A DNA stretch of 64,000 nt from an uncultured delta proteobacterium. Lineage in GTDB: Bacteria > Myxococcota > UBA727 > VGSZ01. The DNA lies in the NCBI GenBank assembly GCA_963775425.1, contig CAVZJB010000004.1:512001-576000 (forward strand). Reading direction: 5' to 3'. Both the position numbers and the translations under genes were made by a program. The notes below the pieces were generated by a model. The model worked only from the letters and a program-made list of their open reading frames with translations. It made no database searches and was not told the origin of the DNA. Of this stretch, positions 37,693 to 47,853 are shown piece after piece (position 1 is the first letter of the stretch; each line of letters starts with the position of its first letter).

Positions 37693-37823
37693 CGGCGCAG
37701 GCTATCCGTCTCGGCTCATCCGTCAACCAGATGAGCACGAGCGCGCGTGTGCGAAACGTCAGGCGCGCTCTCCCGGCCTCTCGGCCGAGTCGCGGAGCGC
37801 GTCGCGCGCTCGATAATTGCCAC

Positions 37824-39026
37824 GTGCCTTGGCCGTCTCGAGCCCACGCCGCCGCGACCTGCGCGATCGCCTGCTTCACGGCGTGCGCGCCGGCCGCTGA
37901 GCCGTGCCACGACGGATCGGACTGCTCGGACGAAGCGCGCTGCGAAGCCGGCGTCTGCGTCGTCGGCTCCGGCGACGTCGCCCCCGCGCCGGGGCCGCCC
38001 GTGGCGCCGCCGACGGCGCCCGCGTTCGAGCACTCCCGCGCGATCGTGATCCCCGCCGGGCGCGTCTCCGACAAGCTGTTCGGCTTCCCCGTTGTCGTCG
38101 CGGTGAAGAGCGACAACCTGCGATCGTTGGCCGCCGGCGGCCAGGTGCGCGGGCCGGGCGACATCGCGTTCGTCCAGGGAGATCAGCTCCTGTACGCGGA
38201 CATCGAGGAGTGGGACGGTGACGCGGGCCACCTCACCGCCTGGGTACAACTGCCCGTGTTGGCGAGCGCCACCGACACCGCGTTCGCGCTCGTCTGGGGC
38301 CTCGACGCCGACGTCGACAGCCGGCCGAACGCGGTGTGGCTCGGCAAGTACTTCGCCGTGTGGCACCTCGGCGAGGACCCCGACGACGACGACTTCGTCG
38401 ACGCCACGGGGCGCGGGAACGACGGGGCGTCCGAAGGCCTCCACCACCGAAACAGGGTGGGCGGCGTCGCCGGCCACGCCGTCGAGATCGACGACACCGA
38501 CGAAGCGGTCGTGATCGACTCCGAGGATCTCAACCGCGCAGGCAGCACCACCGTCGAGGCGTGGGTGCGCGTCGACACGCTGGATTCGGTGATGCGCGTG
38601 TTCCACCGCGGCGGCCGGTTCGACAACATCCTCGACCTCCTCGTGATGCGCGGCGTGCAAGCGGCGCGGGTGGCCGGCGCGTTCAGCGTCGGCGCGGCGG
38701 GGACGGTGCCCTCGACGCTGGACGTCCCGACGTTCGAGCTCGGCACGTGGCACCAGTTGGTGGGCGTATTCGACGAGGCCAGCGAGAACGCCGCCCTCTA
38801 CGTCGACGGAAAGGCCCGGGCGACGAGCGTGCTGCGCGCGTCGTCCGTGGCTCCCTCGACGATCAGCACCATCGGCAACAGCCCGGCGGACGACGGCTAC
38901 GACGAGGTCGACAGCGTCGTCGACGAGGTGCGCGTGGGGCAGGTCGCGCTCCCGCCGGCCTGGATCGCCGCGTCGTACGCGAACGTCAGCGATCCCGGCT
39001 TCCTCGTGCTCGGACCCAATCCGTAG
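37824..39026 (+). CDS. Probable lipoprotein with DUF2341 and LamG/ConA-like domains
   Basis: L.GFPV.V, DI.F...D...L...IE.WD, WV.LP, VWHL, WHQLVGVFD, LYVDG and DEVR motifs. Start uncertain (GTG at 37824). Confidence 0.75.
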   Translation: MPWPSRAHAAATCAIACFTACAPAAEPCHDGSDCSDEARCEAGVCVVGSGDVAPAPGPPVAPPTAPAFEHSRAIVIPAGRVSDKLFGFPVVVAVKSDNLRSLAAGGQVRGPGDIAFVQGDQLLYADIEEWDGDAGHLTAWVQLPVLASATDTAFALVWGLDADVDSRPNAVWLGKYFAVWHLGEDPDDDDFVDATGRGNDGASEGLHHRNRVGGVAGHAVEIDDTDEAVVIDSEDLNRAGSTTVEAWVRVDTLDSVMRVFHRGGRFDNILDLLVMRGVQAARVAGAFSVGAAGTVPSTLDVPTFELGTWHQLVGVFDEASENAALYVDGKARATSVLRASSVAPSTISTIGNSPADDGYDEVDSVVDEVRVGQVALPPAWIAASYANVSDPGFLVLGPNP

Positions 39027-39052
39027 CGGCGGTTTGTGTCAGGATGCGCCTC

Positions 39053-40000
39053 ATGCGCACGCTGTATCCCCCTGTGGAGCCGTTCGACACGTTTCGCCTC
39101 CGCGTCTCTCCCGTTCACGAGCTCCATGTCGAGCAGTGCGGCAACGCCGACGGCCCGGCGGTCGTGTTCTTTCACGGCGGCCCCGGCGGCGGCATCGACC
39201 CGATGCACCGTCGCTACTTCGACGCGTCCAAGTACCGCATCGTCCTGTTCGATCAGCGCGGCGCGGGGCGCAGCACGCCGCACGCGTGCCTCGACGAAAA
39301 CACCACCTGGGACCTCATCGCGGACGCCGAGAAGATCCGCGAGAAGCTCGGCATCGCCGCGTGGCACGTGTTCGGTGGCTCCTGGGGATCGACGCTGTCC
39401 CTCGCGTACGCGGTGACGCACCCGGACCGCACGAGGAGCCTCACGCTGCGCGGGGTGTTTCTCCTTCGCGAAGCCGAGATCCGCTGGTTCTACCAGGACG
39501 GCGCGTCGTGGATCTTTCCGGAGGCGTGGGAGCGCTACGTCGAGCACATCCCCGTCGAGGAGCGCGGCGATCTGCTGGCCGCGTACCACCAGCGCCTCAC
39601 GAGCGGCGATCCCGCCCTCGAGGCGGCGAGCGCGCGGGCGTGGAGCGTCTGGGAAGGGTCGACGTCGAAGCTCATCCCCGACGACGGCCTCATCGCCCGC
39701 TGCGCCAGCGACATGTTCGCGCGGCAGCTCTCGCGCATCGAGGCGCACTACTTCGTGAACAAGGGCTTCTTCGAGAAGGACGGCTGGCTGCTCGAGCAGA
39801 CGAGGAAGCTGAAGACGCCCGCGGTGATCGTGCAGGGGCGCTACGACGTCGTGTGCCCGGCGCGCAGCGCGTGGGACCTCAAGCGCGCGATGCCGCACGC
39901 GGAGCTGCGCATCATCCCCGACGCCGGCCACGCCTCGAGCGAGCTCGGCATCATCGACGCGCTGATCCAGGCCACCGACAAGTTCGCGGCGCTGCCGTGA
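39053..40000 (+). CDS. pip: Proline iminopeptidase
   Basis: HGGPGGG, FDQRGAGRSTP, GGSWGS, QGRYDVVCP and DAGH motifs. Confidence 0.95.
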   Translation: MRTLYPPVEPFDTFRLRVSPVHELHVEQCGNADGPAVVFFHGGPGGGIDPMHRRYFDASKYRIVLFDQRGAGRSTPHACLDENTTWDLIADAEKIREKLGIAAWHVFGGSWGSTLSLAYAVTHPDRTRSLTLRGVFLLREAEIRWFYQDGASWIFPEAWERYVEHIPVEERGDLLAAYHQRLTSGDPALEAASARAWSVWEGSTSKLIPDDGLIARCASDMFARQLSRIEAHYFVNKGFFEKDGWLLEQTRKLKTPAVIVQGRYDVVCPARSAWDLKRAMPHAELRIIPDAGHASSELGIIDALIQATDKFAALP

Positions 40001-40389
40001 ACCGCACCGCGCTCGTCGCCGCCCTCGCGGCCGCCCTCCTCATCGCGGGCATCGGCTTCTGGCTCACCCTTCGCCCGGCCACGCACGCGCCGCGCATCCT
40101 CGACGCCGGCCCGCCCGAGGCCGCGCTCGCCCGCGCCCGCGCGCAGCTCAAGCTCGGCACGCCCAAGGGCCCGCGGCTGCGTCGCCTGGCGCCGGCGCCG
40201 GGACGGCCCCCGGGCCAGGACGCGCCCGACCCCGTGAAGCTGTCGTGGCTGCGCAAGGCGTGCCCGAAGATCCCCTGCCGCAGCGACGTCGAGACCCTGG
40301 AGTCTCGCCGAGCGCGCACCGGCGACGACGACGGGCTGCACACCGCGCTGCAGGCGTGCTTCCACGTCTGCCTCAACTCCGCACGCTAG
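39997..40389 (+). CDS. Hypothetical membrane-anchored protein with four Cys
   Basis: GTGA overlap with pip, N-terminal TM and CxxxxC...CxxxC. Confidence 0.55.
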   Translation: MNRTALVAALAAALLIAGIGFWLTLRPATHAPRILDAGPPEAALARARAQLKLGTPKGPRLRRLAPAPGRPPGQDAPDPVKLSWLRKACPKIPCRSDVETLESRRARTGDDDGLHTALQACFHVCLNSAR

Positions 40390-41632
40390 CGGCGAGCAGA
40401 CGGCTCGCGACGCCGTCCCAGCTCCAACGCGTGAGCGTCGCCCGGCGTGAAGCGTCGCGCAGCGTGGCGCGATCGGCAGCGTCGAGGCCGAGGACACGCG
40501 CGAGACAATCGCGGAGCGCGGCGACGTCACCGGTAGGGAAGCTCACGAGCTCCTTCAAGCGCGGCGGCAGCTCCGCCTCGAGGCCGGCCGCGATCTCGGC
40601 GAGGCCGGAGTGGCGGGCGACGACGGGCGGGCAGCCGGCGGCGGCGGCTTCGGCGGCGACCATCCCGAAGGCCTCGGGGAAGATCGACGGGACGACGCAG
40701 ACGTCGGCAAGCGCGAGGAGGTGTCGCAGGTGGCGGTGCTCGAGCGCGCCGGTGAACAGCGCGCGCCGGCCGCGCGCCTGCTCCTCGAGGGCGGCGCGCG
40801 CGTCGCCGAAGCCGACGATGACCGCGCGGGCGTCGAGGCCGGCGAGCGCGTCGAGGAGGACGTGCACGCCCTTTTGGCGCATGAGCTTGCCGAAGTAGAC
40901 GACGAGCGGCGCGTCGTTCGGCTCGAGGAAGGCGCGAAGGCGCGCGGCGTTTTCCTCGTCGGGCAGGCGCTCCTCGCGGTTGCCGGGGTTTTCGGGGTCG
41001 CGCGCGGCCTCGTCGAGGAGCGCCGCCAGCGCCTCCTCCCGCGGGGCGGGCGCCCAGGCGTCGACGTCGACGCCCGGGGGGACCTCGTGGACCTTGGCTG
41101 CGTCGACGGGGCCGCAGACGTCGTCGAGGACGCCGCGGATGTGGGCGGAGCCGACGAAGACCGCGCTGGCCTTGTCGAGGCACTCGTGTCCCCAGGCGGC
41201 GAGCGCCGGCGTGTGGCGCATGGAGTACTCGAGCTCGGAGCCGTGCGCCTTGACGGCGAAGCGCGCGCCGGTGGCCACGCCGACGGGGCCGCCGAGGAGG
41301 ACGTGGTTGGTGAAGACCAGGTCGGCAGGGAGGTGTGCGCGGAGGGCGGCGGCGTTTCTCTCCACCCACGCGTCCAGGTCTGCGCGGGAGCAGTCCTGCA
41401 CGAGCCTGACGTCGTAGCCGGCGTAGCGGTCGAGGACGAACACGGGCAGGAGGCCGTGGACGTCGGGGCGAACGACGGAGGCGCCCCCGACGTCGAAGTC
41501 CTCCGGGTGCGGCTCCTGGCAGAACACGGTGACGTCGTGGCCCGCGCGCTTCCAGGCGCGCGCGAGCATGCGCGTGTAGACGTTCGACCCCGTGCCGCCG
41601 AGCAGATAGCCGTGCCACAGGAGGATCTTCAC
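40373..41632 (-). CDS. Glycosyltransferase family 4
   Basis: HGYLLGGTGSNVY, GKL..QKG and PSIFPEAFGMVAAEAAAAG (EX7E). Confidence 0.9.
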   Translation of the reverse strand: MKILLWHGYLLGGTGSNVYTRMLARAWKRAGHDVTVFCQEPHPEDFDVGGASVVRPDVHGLLPVFVLDRYAGYDVRLVQDCSRADLDAWVERNAAALRAHLPADLVFTNHVLLGGPVGVATGARFAVKAHGSELEYSMRHTPALAAWGHECLDKASAVFVGSAHIRGVLDDVCGPVDAAKVHEVPPGVDVDAWAPAPREEALAALLDEAARDPENPGNREERLPDEENAARLRAFLEPNDAPLVVYFGKLMRQKGVHVLLDALAGLDARAVIVGFGDARAALEEQARGRRALFTGALEHRHLRHLLALADVCVVPSIFPEAFGMVAAEAAAAGCPPVVARHSGLAEIAAGLEAELPPRLKELVSFPTGDVAALRDCLARVLGLDAADRATLRDASRRATLTRWSWDGVASRLLAASVRS

Positions 41633-41731
41633 GGCGCCGACCCTCCTGCGGACGACGCCGGCGGCGACGCGGCGAGGGCCAACGCGGCGGGGAGCGGGCC
41701 GACCATGAGCGGAGGATACCGCCCCGGCGCC

Positions 41732-42349
41732 TCAGCGCACGGCGATGACGACGAGCGCCACCGCCGCGGCGAGCAGGCCGAGCGGCAGGAGCAACTGCGT
41801 GGCCACGCCGAACGCGGCCCAGGCGAGCACGGCGCGCGTGTCGGCGGCGGTGGGCACGGCGTCGTCGGCGGCGCCGACGAGCGCGCGCACCTCGCCCACC
41901 GTGCGGTCGAGGTCCGCGTCGGAGAAGCGATCAAAGACGCGGTAGACGCTCTGCTTGGCGGTGCGGCCGCGCGCGTAGGCGGCGACGAGGTCGCGCGGCC
42001 AGCGCAGGACTCCCATGGCGACGCCGCCGGCGTCGATGAACGTGCCGAACCAGTAGCGGCCGAGGCCCATGGCGAGCTCGAACGCGGAGATGCGCAGCTC
42101 GCCGTTCCAGTCGGTGCCGTAGCCGGTCACGATGTGGTCGATGTCGTGGACACGCACCGCCTCCCTGCGAGGCGCGAGGTTCGGCAGGTACGCGGTCAAC
42201 GGCCCCACCGGCAGCCGGACCCAGCGATCGCTGTACGTGCTGTCGTCGAAGCCGCTCCTCGCGAAGTAGCGGGCGCGCGCCTCGCGCAGGGTGATGTCGT
42301 CGGGATACGTCGCGCGGGTCTCGTCCGCGCTCATCGTCGCATGGGTCAT
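41732..42349 (-). CDS. Coq4-like metal-binding protein
   Basis: HDIDHIVTGYGTDWNGE fits HDxxH-x11-E. C-terminal TM. ATGA overlap with the TetR gene. Confidence 0.65.
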   Translation of the reverse strand: MTHATMSADETRATYPDDITLREARARYFARSGFDDSTYSDRWVRLPVGPLTAYLPNLAPRREAVRVHDIDHIVTGYGTDWNGELRISAFELAMGLGRYWFGTFIDAGGVAMGVLRWPRDLVAAYARGRTAKQSVYRVFDRFSDADLDRTVGEVRALVGAADDAVPTAADTRAVLAWAAFGVATQLLLPLGLLAAAVALVVIAVR

Positions 42350-42960
42350 GGGGACGCACCTTTGTCGAGGAGGACGAGGCTCTGTCGCAACAGCAGCCTC
42401 GCCGCGTCGTGCGCTTCGCCGGCGGGATCGCCGAGGTCGCCGGAGAGCCACGCGGTGAGCGCTCCGAAGTACAGGGAGAAGGTGGCGGCGGCGAACATGA
42501 AGGGGTCGACGTCGTCGCGCACGCGGCCCGCCGCCTGGTGCGCGCAGACGCGGCTGGCGACGGCGCCGAGCAGCTCGAAGGTGAGCGCGCGCATGCCCTC
42601 GCGCGTGTTGCCCTCGAGCCACGGCAGCTCCTTCACGAGCACGCGCGCGAGCGGCGGGTCGCGACGGTAGACGTCGAAGAACGCGCCGTAGAAGTGCATG
42701 CAGAGCTCCGTGAGCTCGCCGCCCTCGGGCGCGCTCGCCTCGGCCTCCCGCAGGGCGGCGCCGATCTCGCTCTCGAACACCAGGGCGACGACGTCGGCGC
42801 GGGTCTTGGCGTAGAGGAAGAGCGTCCCGTGGGCCACGCGCGCGCGCTTGGCGATCTGCCGGGTGGTGGTGGCGTCGTGGCCCTGCTTCGAAAACAGCGC
42901 CTTGGCCGCGGCGATGATGCGCTCGCGCTTGGCCCGCTGGTTGTCCTCTCGCCGCCCCAT
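42346..42960 (-). CDS. TetR/AcrR family regulator
   Basis: RERII.AA..LF..QG...TT..QIA.RA.VA.GTLFLY..T HTH. Confidence 0.92.
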   Translation of the reverse strand: MGRREDNQRAKRERIIAAAKALFSKQGHDATTTRQIAKRARVAHGTLFLYAKTRADVVALVFESEIGAALREAEASAPEGGELTELCMHFYGAFFDVYRRDPPLARVLVKELPWLEGNTREGMRALTFELLGAVASRVCAHQAAGRVRDDVDPFMFAAATFSLYFGALTAWLSGDLGDPAGEAHDAARLLLRQSLVLLDKGASP

Positions 42961-42965
42961 GATTC

Positions 42966-43012
42966 TGAGCATGCTCACTTTCGAGGCCGCGCGCAATGAG
43001 CGCGCTCACTTT
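42966..43012. promoter_or_regulatory. Two palindromic TetR operators TGAGC-N2-GCTCA(CTTT)
   Basis: TGAGCATGCTCA at 42966-42977 and TGAGCGCGCTCA at 42997-43008, both followed by CTTT, directly upstream of the TetR start. Confidence 0.75.
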
Positions 43013-43041
43013 TTCGCGCGCCCGTTTTCCAGGGGTTGCGG

Positions 43042-43129
43042 CTGACACGCATCACCCCGCGCGCCTGACACATGGGCGGCGGTGTGAACGCGCGATCCCG
43101 CGGGCCGCACTGATGGCGCAACCGGAGCA
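43042..43129 (+). promoter_or_regulatory. Candidate sigma-54 promoter with upstream direct repeats
   Basis: TGGCGCAACCGGAGCA at 43114-43129 has GG-N10-GC spacing. CTGACAC is repeated at 43042 and 43065. Confidence 0.4.
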
Positions 43130-43230
43130 CGGGCCCCGGTGATTCCTGAGACCACCCCGGAAGGGGACCCGCCGCCGACGACGACGAGCGCAGTGCGCCC
43201 GTGGTCCCGACGTGCGCCCGGAGGTTCTGC

Positions 43231-44700
43231 ATGATGAAAGTCACCACACACATCGTGATCGCCGCCTTCGCCACGACCGCCGCGTCGTTGGCCGTGGGCC
43301 TCTCGGGCTGCACGCCCGCCACCTCGAGGACGAGCCCGCGCGAGCTGCGCGGAGGCGTGCTCACGTCCATGGGCTTCTCGCTCACGGACGACGGGGATCC
43401 GTCGACGCCGGCGGGCGACCTGTCCGCGTCGTTCGACTCGCCCGTCATCGGCGCCGAGGAGGATCTCCTCGACGCCGGCACCGCCCACGCCGTCTTCGAC
43501 GACGGCGAGCGCGATCTGTCGTCGGCCACCGTCATCGACGCGTACCCCGACGCCGACGTCGTCTACGCCGTGCTCTTCGACGAAAACGAGCCCTGGCGCT
43601 ACGTGATCGTCGCCGCCCACGGCGCCGACCTCGTCGCCGGCGCCGACGTCGCGCTCGACGGGCAAGACGCCGCCGCGCTCGTGGTGGACGAAAACACCGG
43701 CTCCGGCTTCCTGTCGTCGTCGGGCACGCTGCACGTCGACACGGCCGAGCTCACGAGCGGCGGCCGCCTCTCGGGCTCGCTCGACGCCGGGCTCGTGGAG
43801 GTCGGGCTCGATTCGTGGCCCGAGGCGCTCTTTCCGTTCACCGTCGACGGGCAACCGAGCGAGCGCGCCGCCGCCGACGGCGCCGGCACCTTCGCGGCAG
43901 TGACCTCGGTCGACGGCAGCTCCCCGCCCGGCACCGCCGACGTCAGCGTGAGCGTCGACGGCTACGGCACCTTCACCGGCGGCGCCGCCTACGCGATGCC
44001 CGCGGACGACAGCGACACCGTCATCGTCATCGAGGACGGCGCCGGCGGCCGCGGCGCGCTCGCGATCTTCGTGGACAACAGCGCGCTCGCCGCCGGCACC
44101 GTCTCGCTCGGCGGCTACGTCGCCGGCGCGTCTCTCCTCGAGGAGGACGGCACGCAGATCGCGTTCGTCGACGGGACGCTCACGCTCGACGCCGTGGACA
44201 CGAGCGAGGGCGGCGTCATCAGCGGCTCGTTCAGCGTCACCGGCGACGCGTACGTGTTGCCGCCGGACGCCTACGGAGATCCGGGCGACCCGGGCAACCC
44301 CGACGGCGAGGACTGCACCGGCATCGACACGCTGGCCTCGACGTTCACGCCCGCGCAGGCGTACCTGCAGACGGCGACGCCGGACGATCAGTTCCCCGCG
44401 GGCTACGACCGCGCGCTCACGCTCACCGACGACGGCGCCGGGATGTTCGGGGTGCTGATCCCCACCGGCGTCGATCTGCACGCCGGCGACGCCTACGCGT
44501 TTTCCACCGTGGACTTCGAGGGCCGCCCGTTCCCCGCGGCTGGGCTGGCGATCGCGACGTGCTCACAGTGGATCGACGTCGAGAGCGGCACGCTGACAGC
44601 CGTGCTCGACGACGCGTCGGGCACGGTGTCCGGCTCGTTGAGCTACGTCGTCGACGGCGCCTCGCGCGAGCTGGGGTTCGAGGTCCCGCTCGTCCCATAG
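43231..44700 (+). CDS. Hypothetical acidic beta-rich lipoprotein with internal repeats
   Basis: RBS GGAGG, lipobox LSGC and a recurring SGTL.(V/L)D......G.(I/L)SGS motif. Confidence 0.75.
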   Translation: MMKVTTHIVIAAFATTAASLAVGLSGCTPATSRTSPRELRGGVLTSMGFSLTDDGDPSTPAGDLSASFDSPVIGAEEDLLDAGTAHAVFDDGERDLSSATVIDAYPDADVVYAVLFDENEPWRYVIVAAHGADLVAGADVALDGQDAAALVVDENTGSGFLSSSGTLHVDTAELTSGGRLSGSLDAGLVEVGLDSWPEALFPFTVDGQPSERAAADGAGTFAAVTSVDGSSPPGTADVSVSVDGYGTFTGGAAYAMPADDSDTVIVIEDGAGGRGALAIFVDNSALAAGTVSLGGYVAGASLLEEDGTQIAFVDGTLTLDAVDTSEGGVISGSFSVTGDAYVLPPDAYGDPGDPGNPDGEDCTGIDTLASTFTPAQAYLQTATPDDQFPAGYDRALTLTDDGAGMFGVLIPTGVDLHAGDAYAFSTVDFEGRPFPAAGLAIATCSQWIDVESGTLTAVLDDASGTVSGSLSYVVDGASRELGFEVPLVP

Positions 44701-44775
44701 GCCGCCGGGCGCGACGGCCGTGACGGCGGTCACCACCGCTGACATGAACCGGGCGCGGTGGTGCCAAAGGGGGGC

Positions 44776-45730
44776 ATGACCCTCCTCCGCCGCGCCCCGT
44801 CCGTCGCCGCCCTCCTGCTCGCCGCCGCGCCCACCGCCGGCTGCATCCTCGTCGACACAGGGCCCGGGACCCCGCGCGGGCCGGCGGGGGACCCGAGCGC
44901 CGCCGAGGACGCGGTCGCCGAGGCGCCGGCGTTCTTCGCGGGGATCAGCGGGCTGTGGACGGGCCCCGCGAGCCGCACGCCGCTCGGCGACTTCCCGCTG
45001 CTGAACATGGACGTCCGCGACGTCGACGGGCGCACGCTCTTTGCGCGCACCGACCTCGACGCCGACAACTCCTTGCGCTTCTCCTTCGAGGTCGAGGACG
45101 CCGGCGACGCCCCGGCGCTCGTCTTTCGTAACGGCGGCTATTTCCAGGGCCTGCTCCGCGACTCGCGCACGTCGCTGCGCGCGCGCGACGGAGACTCCTG
45201 GCGGTTTTGCGCGGTGGACCGAGGCTGCGACTACATCGACGCCACCTTCGCGCTCGACGGCGACGAGCTCACGCTCCAGGTCGACGTGAACGGCGCGCAA
45301 CACCTCACCTGGGCCGCGCACCGCGCCGAGGAGCGCCCCCTGCCCGACGGCTACCCCGAGGACGGCACGCCGGTGGCGCCGGGGGACTTCCCGCCGCTGT
45401 CGTCCCTCGACGTCGACGTCGGCTTTTCCGCGCTCGACGCCGACGCCGACGTCTGGGTCTTCCTCTCCACGACGCCGTGCGGGACCACCTTTTCGTGCAC
45501 CGCCGCTCGCCAGAATCTCCGCGGCCGCGCCCGCCGGCGCCACGGCGGCGACGGTGCACTTCGATCAACTGCACCCGGGCCGCTACGACGTGAACGTGTT
45601 GCTCGACAGAAACCGCGACCTCGCGACGTCCCTGCGCCCCGACGCCGGCGACGGCGTCGCGCTCCCGGACCGCCCCGTCGACGTCGACGGCGCCGCGTCG
45701 ACGAGCGCGTCGATCGCGTTCACGCTGTAG
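44776..45730 (+). pseudogene. Hypothetical lipoprotein with a +1 frameshift at 45513-45517 (possibly a sequencing error)
   Basis: Lipobox TAGC. Removing one A from CAGAATCTCC gives QISAAAPAGATAATVHFDQLHPGRYDVNVLLDRNRD...IAFTL*, ending just before the convergent kinase instead of overlapping it. Confidence 0.75.
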
Positions 45731-45739
45731 CGACGAGGC

Positions 45740-47806
45740 TCACTCGAGCTGCGCGTCGAGCTTGGCCACCTGGCCGTCGGCGGCCTCGACGGCGAAGACC
45801 TTCTCGCCCTTGCCCTCGAGGCGCACGACCACGCGGTGCTTGCCGCCGGGGACGGAGAGCTGCAGCGGCGTGAAGCCGTGCACCTGTTGATCGTCGACGA
45901 AGACCTCGGCGCCGGGCGGCGACGAGCGCACGTCGAGCGTGGCGTGCGGGCGCCCGTGGATGGCTTGCTCGACCTCCTCGAGCCGCAGCTCCACGACGAG
46001 CGGCACGCCCGCGACGGGGACGCGTTGCACCACCACGGGCGCGCGCGCGAGCGGGTGCTCGGCGCGGATCTCGAGCATCTCGCCGGGCGTCACCTTCATG
46101 CCGGGCACGACCCTCTTGCCGTTGGCGGTGACGACGGCGTCGCGCGGATAGACGCGGACGCGCAGCTCGACGGGCAGCGGCGTCAGGTGCACCTTGAGGG
46201 ATTGGCCCGCACCGCTGACGACGATCTTGTGTCGCTGCGTCTCGTAGCCGTCGGCTTCGAAGATGAGCTCCTCTTCTGTGCCCACCGCCATCGGGATGTG
46301 CGCGGGGGAGACGTACTTGGGATCGGGCACGTCGGCGAGCGAGATGCGCGTGGTGGCCGGCTCCGCCACGACGAGCACGTCGACGTCTCCGCCCGCAGGC
46401 ACCGGCGCCGGCGGCGTATCCGGCGGCGTATCCGGCGGCGTATCCGGCGGCGTATCCGGCGGGACGCCTGGCCGCGGCGCCAGCGTCGGGGCGGCGGTGA
46501 CCGGCCGCGAGAGGATGCCCGCGGCCTCGAGCCGCGGCTTCAGCAGCAGCGCTCCCACGACGAGGACGAGCGCGCCGAGCACGATCCCCGCCGCCACCGC
46601 CGGCAAGCGCGAGCCGCTCTGCTTGCGCGGACGGCGCGGCGCCCGCGCCACGCTCGACACGCCCGTCGGCTCCGGCTCGGCGTCCTTCATGCGCGCGCGC
46701 GCGTCGGCGCGCACCGGCGGGCGGAACGCCGTGCGGGTGGCGTCCTCGTCGCCGTCGTCGGCGCCGTGCAGCGGCGTGGCGCTCGACGCGTCGCGCAGTC
46801 GCTCGGCGCGCATCTTCTGCCCGCGGGACAGCTCGTCGTCGGCCGGCGCCTCGCGCTCGCCGCCGTCGTCGTCCTCGCCGAAGACGTCGCGCACCTTTCG
46901 CGCGACGCGCTCCGCCGTGTAGCCGGGGTCGCGCTTGTAGAGGTAGCTGCGCACGTGGGCGGCGAAGGTGGCGGCGTCCTTGAAGCGCTGGCTGCGATCC
47001 TTTTCGAGCGCCGTGTCGAGGATGTCCATCAGCTCGCGATCGATGAGCCCCTCGCGCGCGAGGTCGGGCGTGTCCTCCTTGAGGATGGCGTCCATGATCT
47101 CGATCTCGGCGTCGCCGGGGAAGCGCTGGCGGTTGGCGAGCATCTCGAAGAACACGATGCCGGCGGAGAACACGTCGACGCGGTGATCGATGGCCTTGCC
47201 CTTGATGAGCTTGGGCGAGAGCTGCTCGGGCGCCATGTAGCGCAGCTTGCCCTTCACCGCCGAGCCCTGCGTGACCTCGAGGCGCTCGCGCGCGCGCGCG
47301 ATGCCGAAGTCGATGACCTTGACGACGCCGTCCATGGAGATGAGGACGTTTTGCGGGCTCACATCCCTGTGGATGATGGCGGCCGGCTTTCCCCGGTGGT
47401 CCTTCTGGACGTGGGCGGCGTGGAGGCCCTCGAGGATCTGGACGATGATGTAGCAGGCGTCGAGGATGTCGAGGCGCTTGCCCACCTTCTTCATCTTGCG
47501 CAGCAGGCGGGAGAGCGCGTGCCCGTCCACGTACTCCATGGCGATGAAGTAGTCGCCCTCCTCCTCGCCGAGCTCGAGCACCTGCACCACGTTCGGGTGG
47601 TTCAAGAGCACCGAGATGCGCGCCTCGTCGACGAGCATGTTCACGACGTGCGCGTTCTGGGAGAACTGCGGCAGGATGCGCTTGAGCGCGACGTTCTTTT
47701 CGAAGCCGTGGGCGCCCGTGGACTTCGCGAGCCACACCTCACCCATGCCGCCCTTGCCGATGCGGCGGACGAGTGTGTAACGGCCCAGCTTTTCGCCCTC
47801 GGGCAT
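45740..47806 (-). CDS. Transmembrane Ser/Thr kinase with PEGA domains
   Basis: IGKGGMGEV, HRDVSPQN, DFG, GKLRYMAPEQ, a TM segment, a (PPDT)4 linker and the PEGA motif S.PPGAEVFVD...G.TPL. Confidence 0.93.
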   Translation of the reverse strand: MPEGEKLGRYTLVRRIGKGGMGEVWLAKSTGAHGFEKNVALKRILPQFSQNAHVVNMLVDEARISVLLNHPNVVQVLELGEEEGDYFIAMEYVDGHALSRLLRKMKKVGKRLDILDACYIIVQILEGLHAAHVQKDHRGKPAAIIHRDVSPQNVLISMDGVVKVIDFGIARARERLEVTQGSAVKGKLRYMAPEQLSPKLIKGKAIDHRVDVFSAGIVFFEMLANRQRFPGDAEIEIMDAILKEDTPDLAREGLIDRELMDILDTALEKDRSQRFKDAATFAAHVRSYLYKRDPGYTAERVARKVRDVFGEDDDGGEREAPADDELSRGQKMRAERLRDASSATPLHGADDGDEDATRTAFRPPVRADARARMKDAEPEPTGVSSVARAPRRPRKQSGSRLPAVAAGIVLGALVLVVGALLLKPRLEAAGILSRPVTAAPTLAPRPGVPPDTPPDTPPDTPPDTPPAPVPAGGDVDVLVVAEPATTRISLADVPDPKYVSPAHIPMAVGTEEELIFEADGYETQRHKIVVSGAGQSLKVHLTPLPVELRVRVYPRDAVVTANGKRVVPGMKVTPGEMLEIRAEHPLARAPVVVQRVPVAGVPLVVELRLEEVEQAIHGRPHATLDVRSSPPGAEVFVDDQQVHGFTPLQLSVPGGKHRVVVRLEGKGEKVFAVEAADGQVAKLDAQLE

Positions 47807-47853
47807 CCCGGGGATACTAACGGCTGCGCGCGCCGCCGTGGCAACATGACGAC

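Noticed and set aside
43070-43200. Known riboswitch (c-di-AMP, c-di-GMP or ZTP)
   Set aside because: I could not match the conserved core motifs in the right order by eye. Kept only as a low-interest structured leader.
46411-46460. 12-bp repeat as a regulatory element
   Set aside because: It encodes the (PPDT)4 linker of the PEGA kinase.
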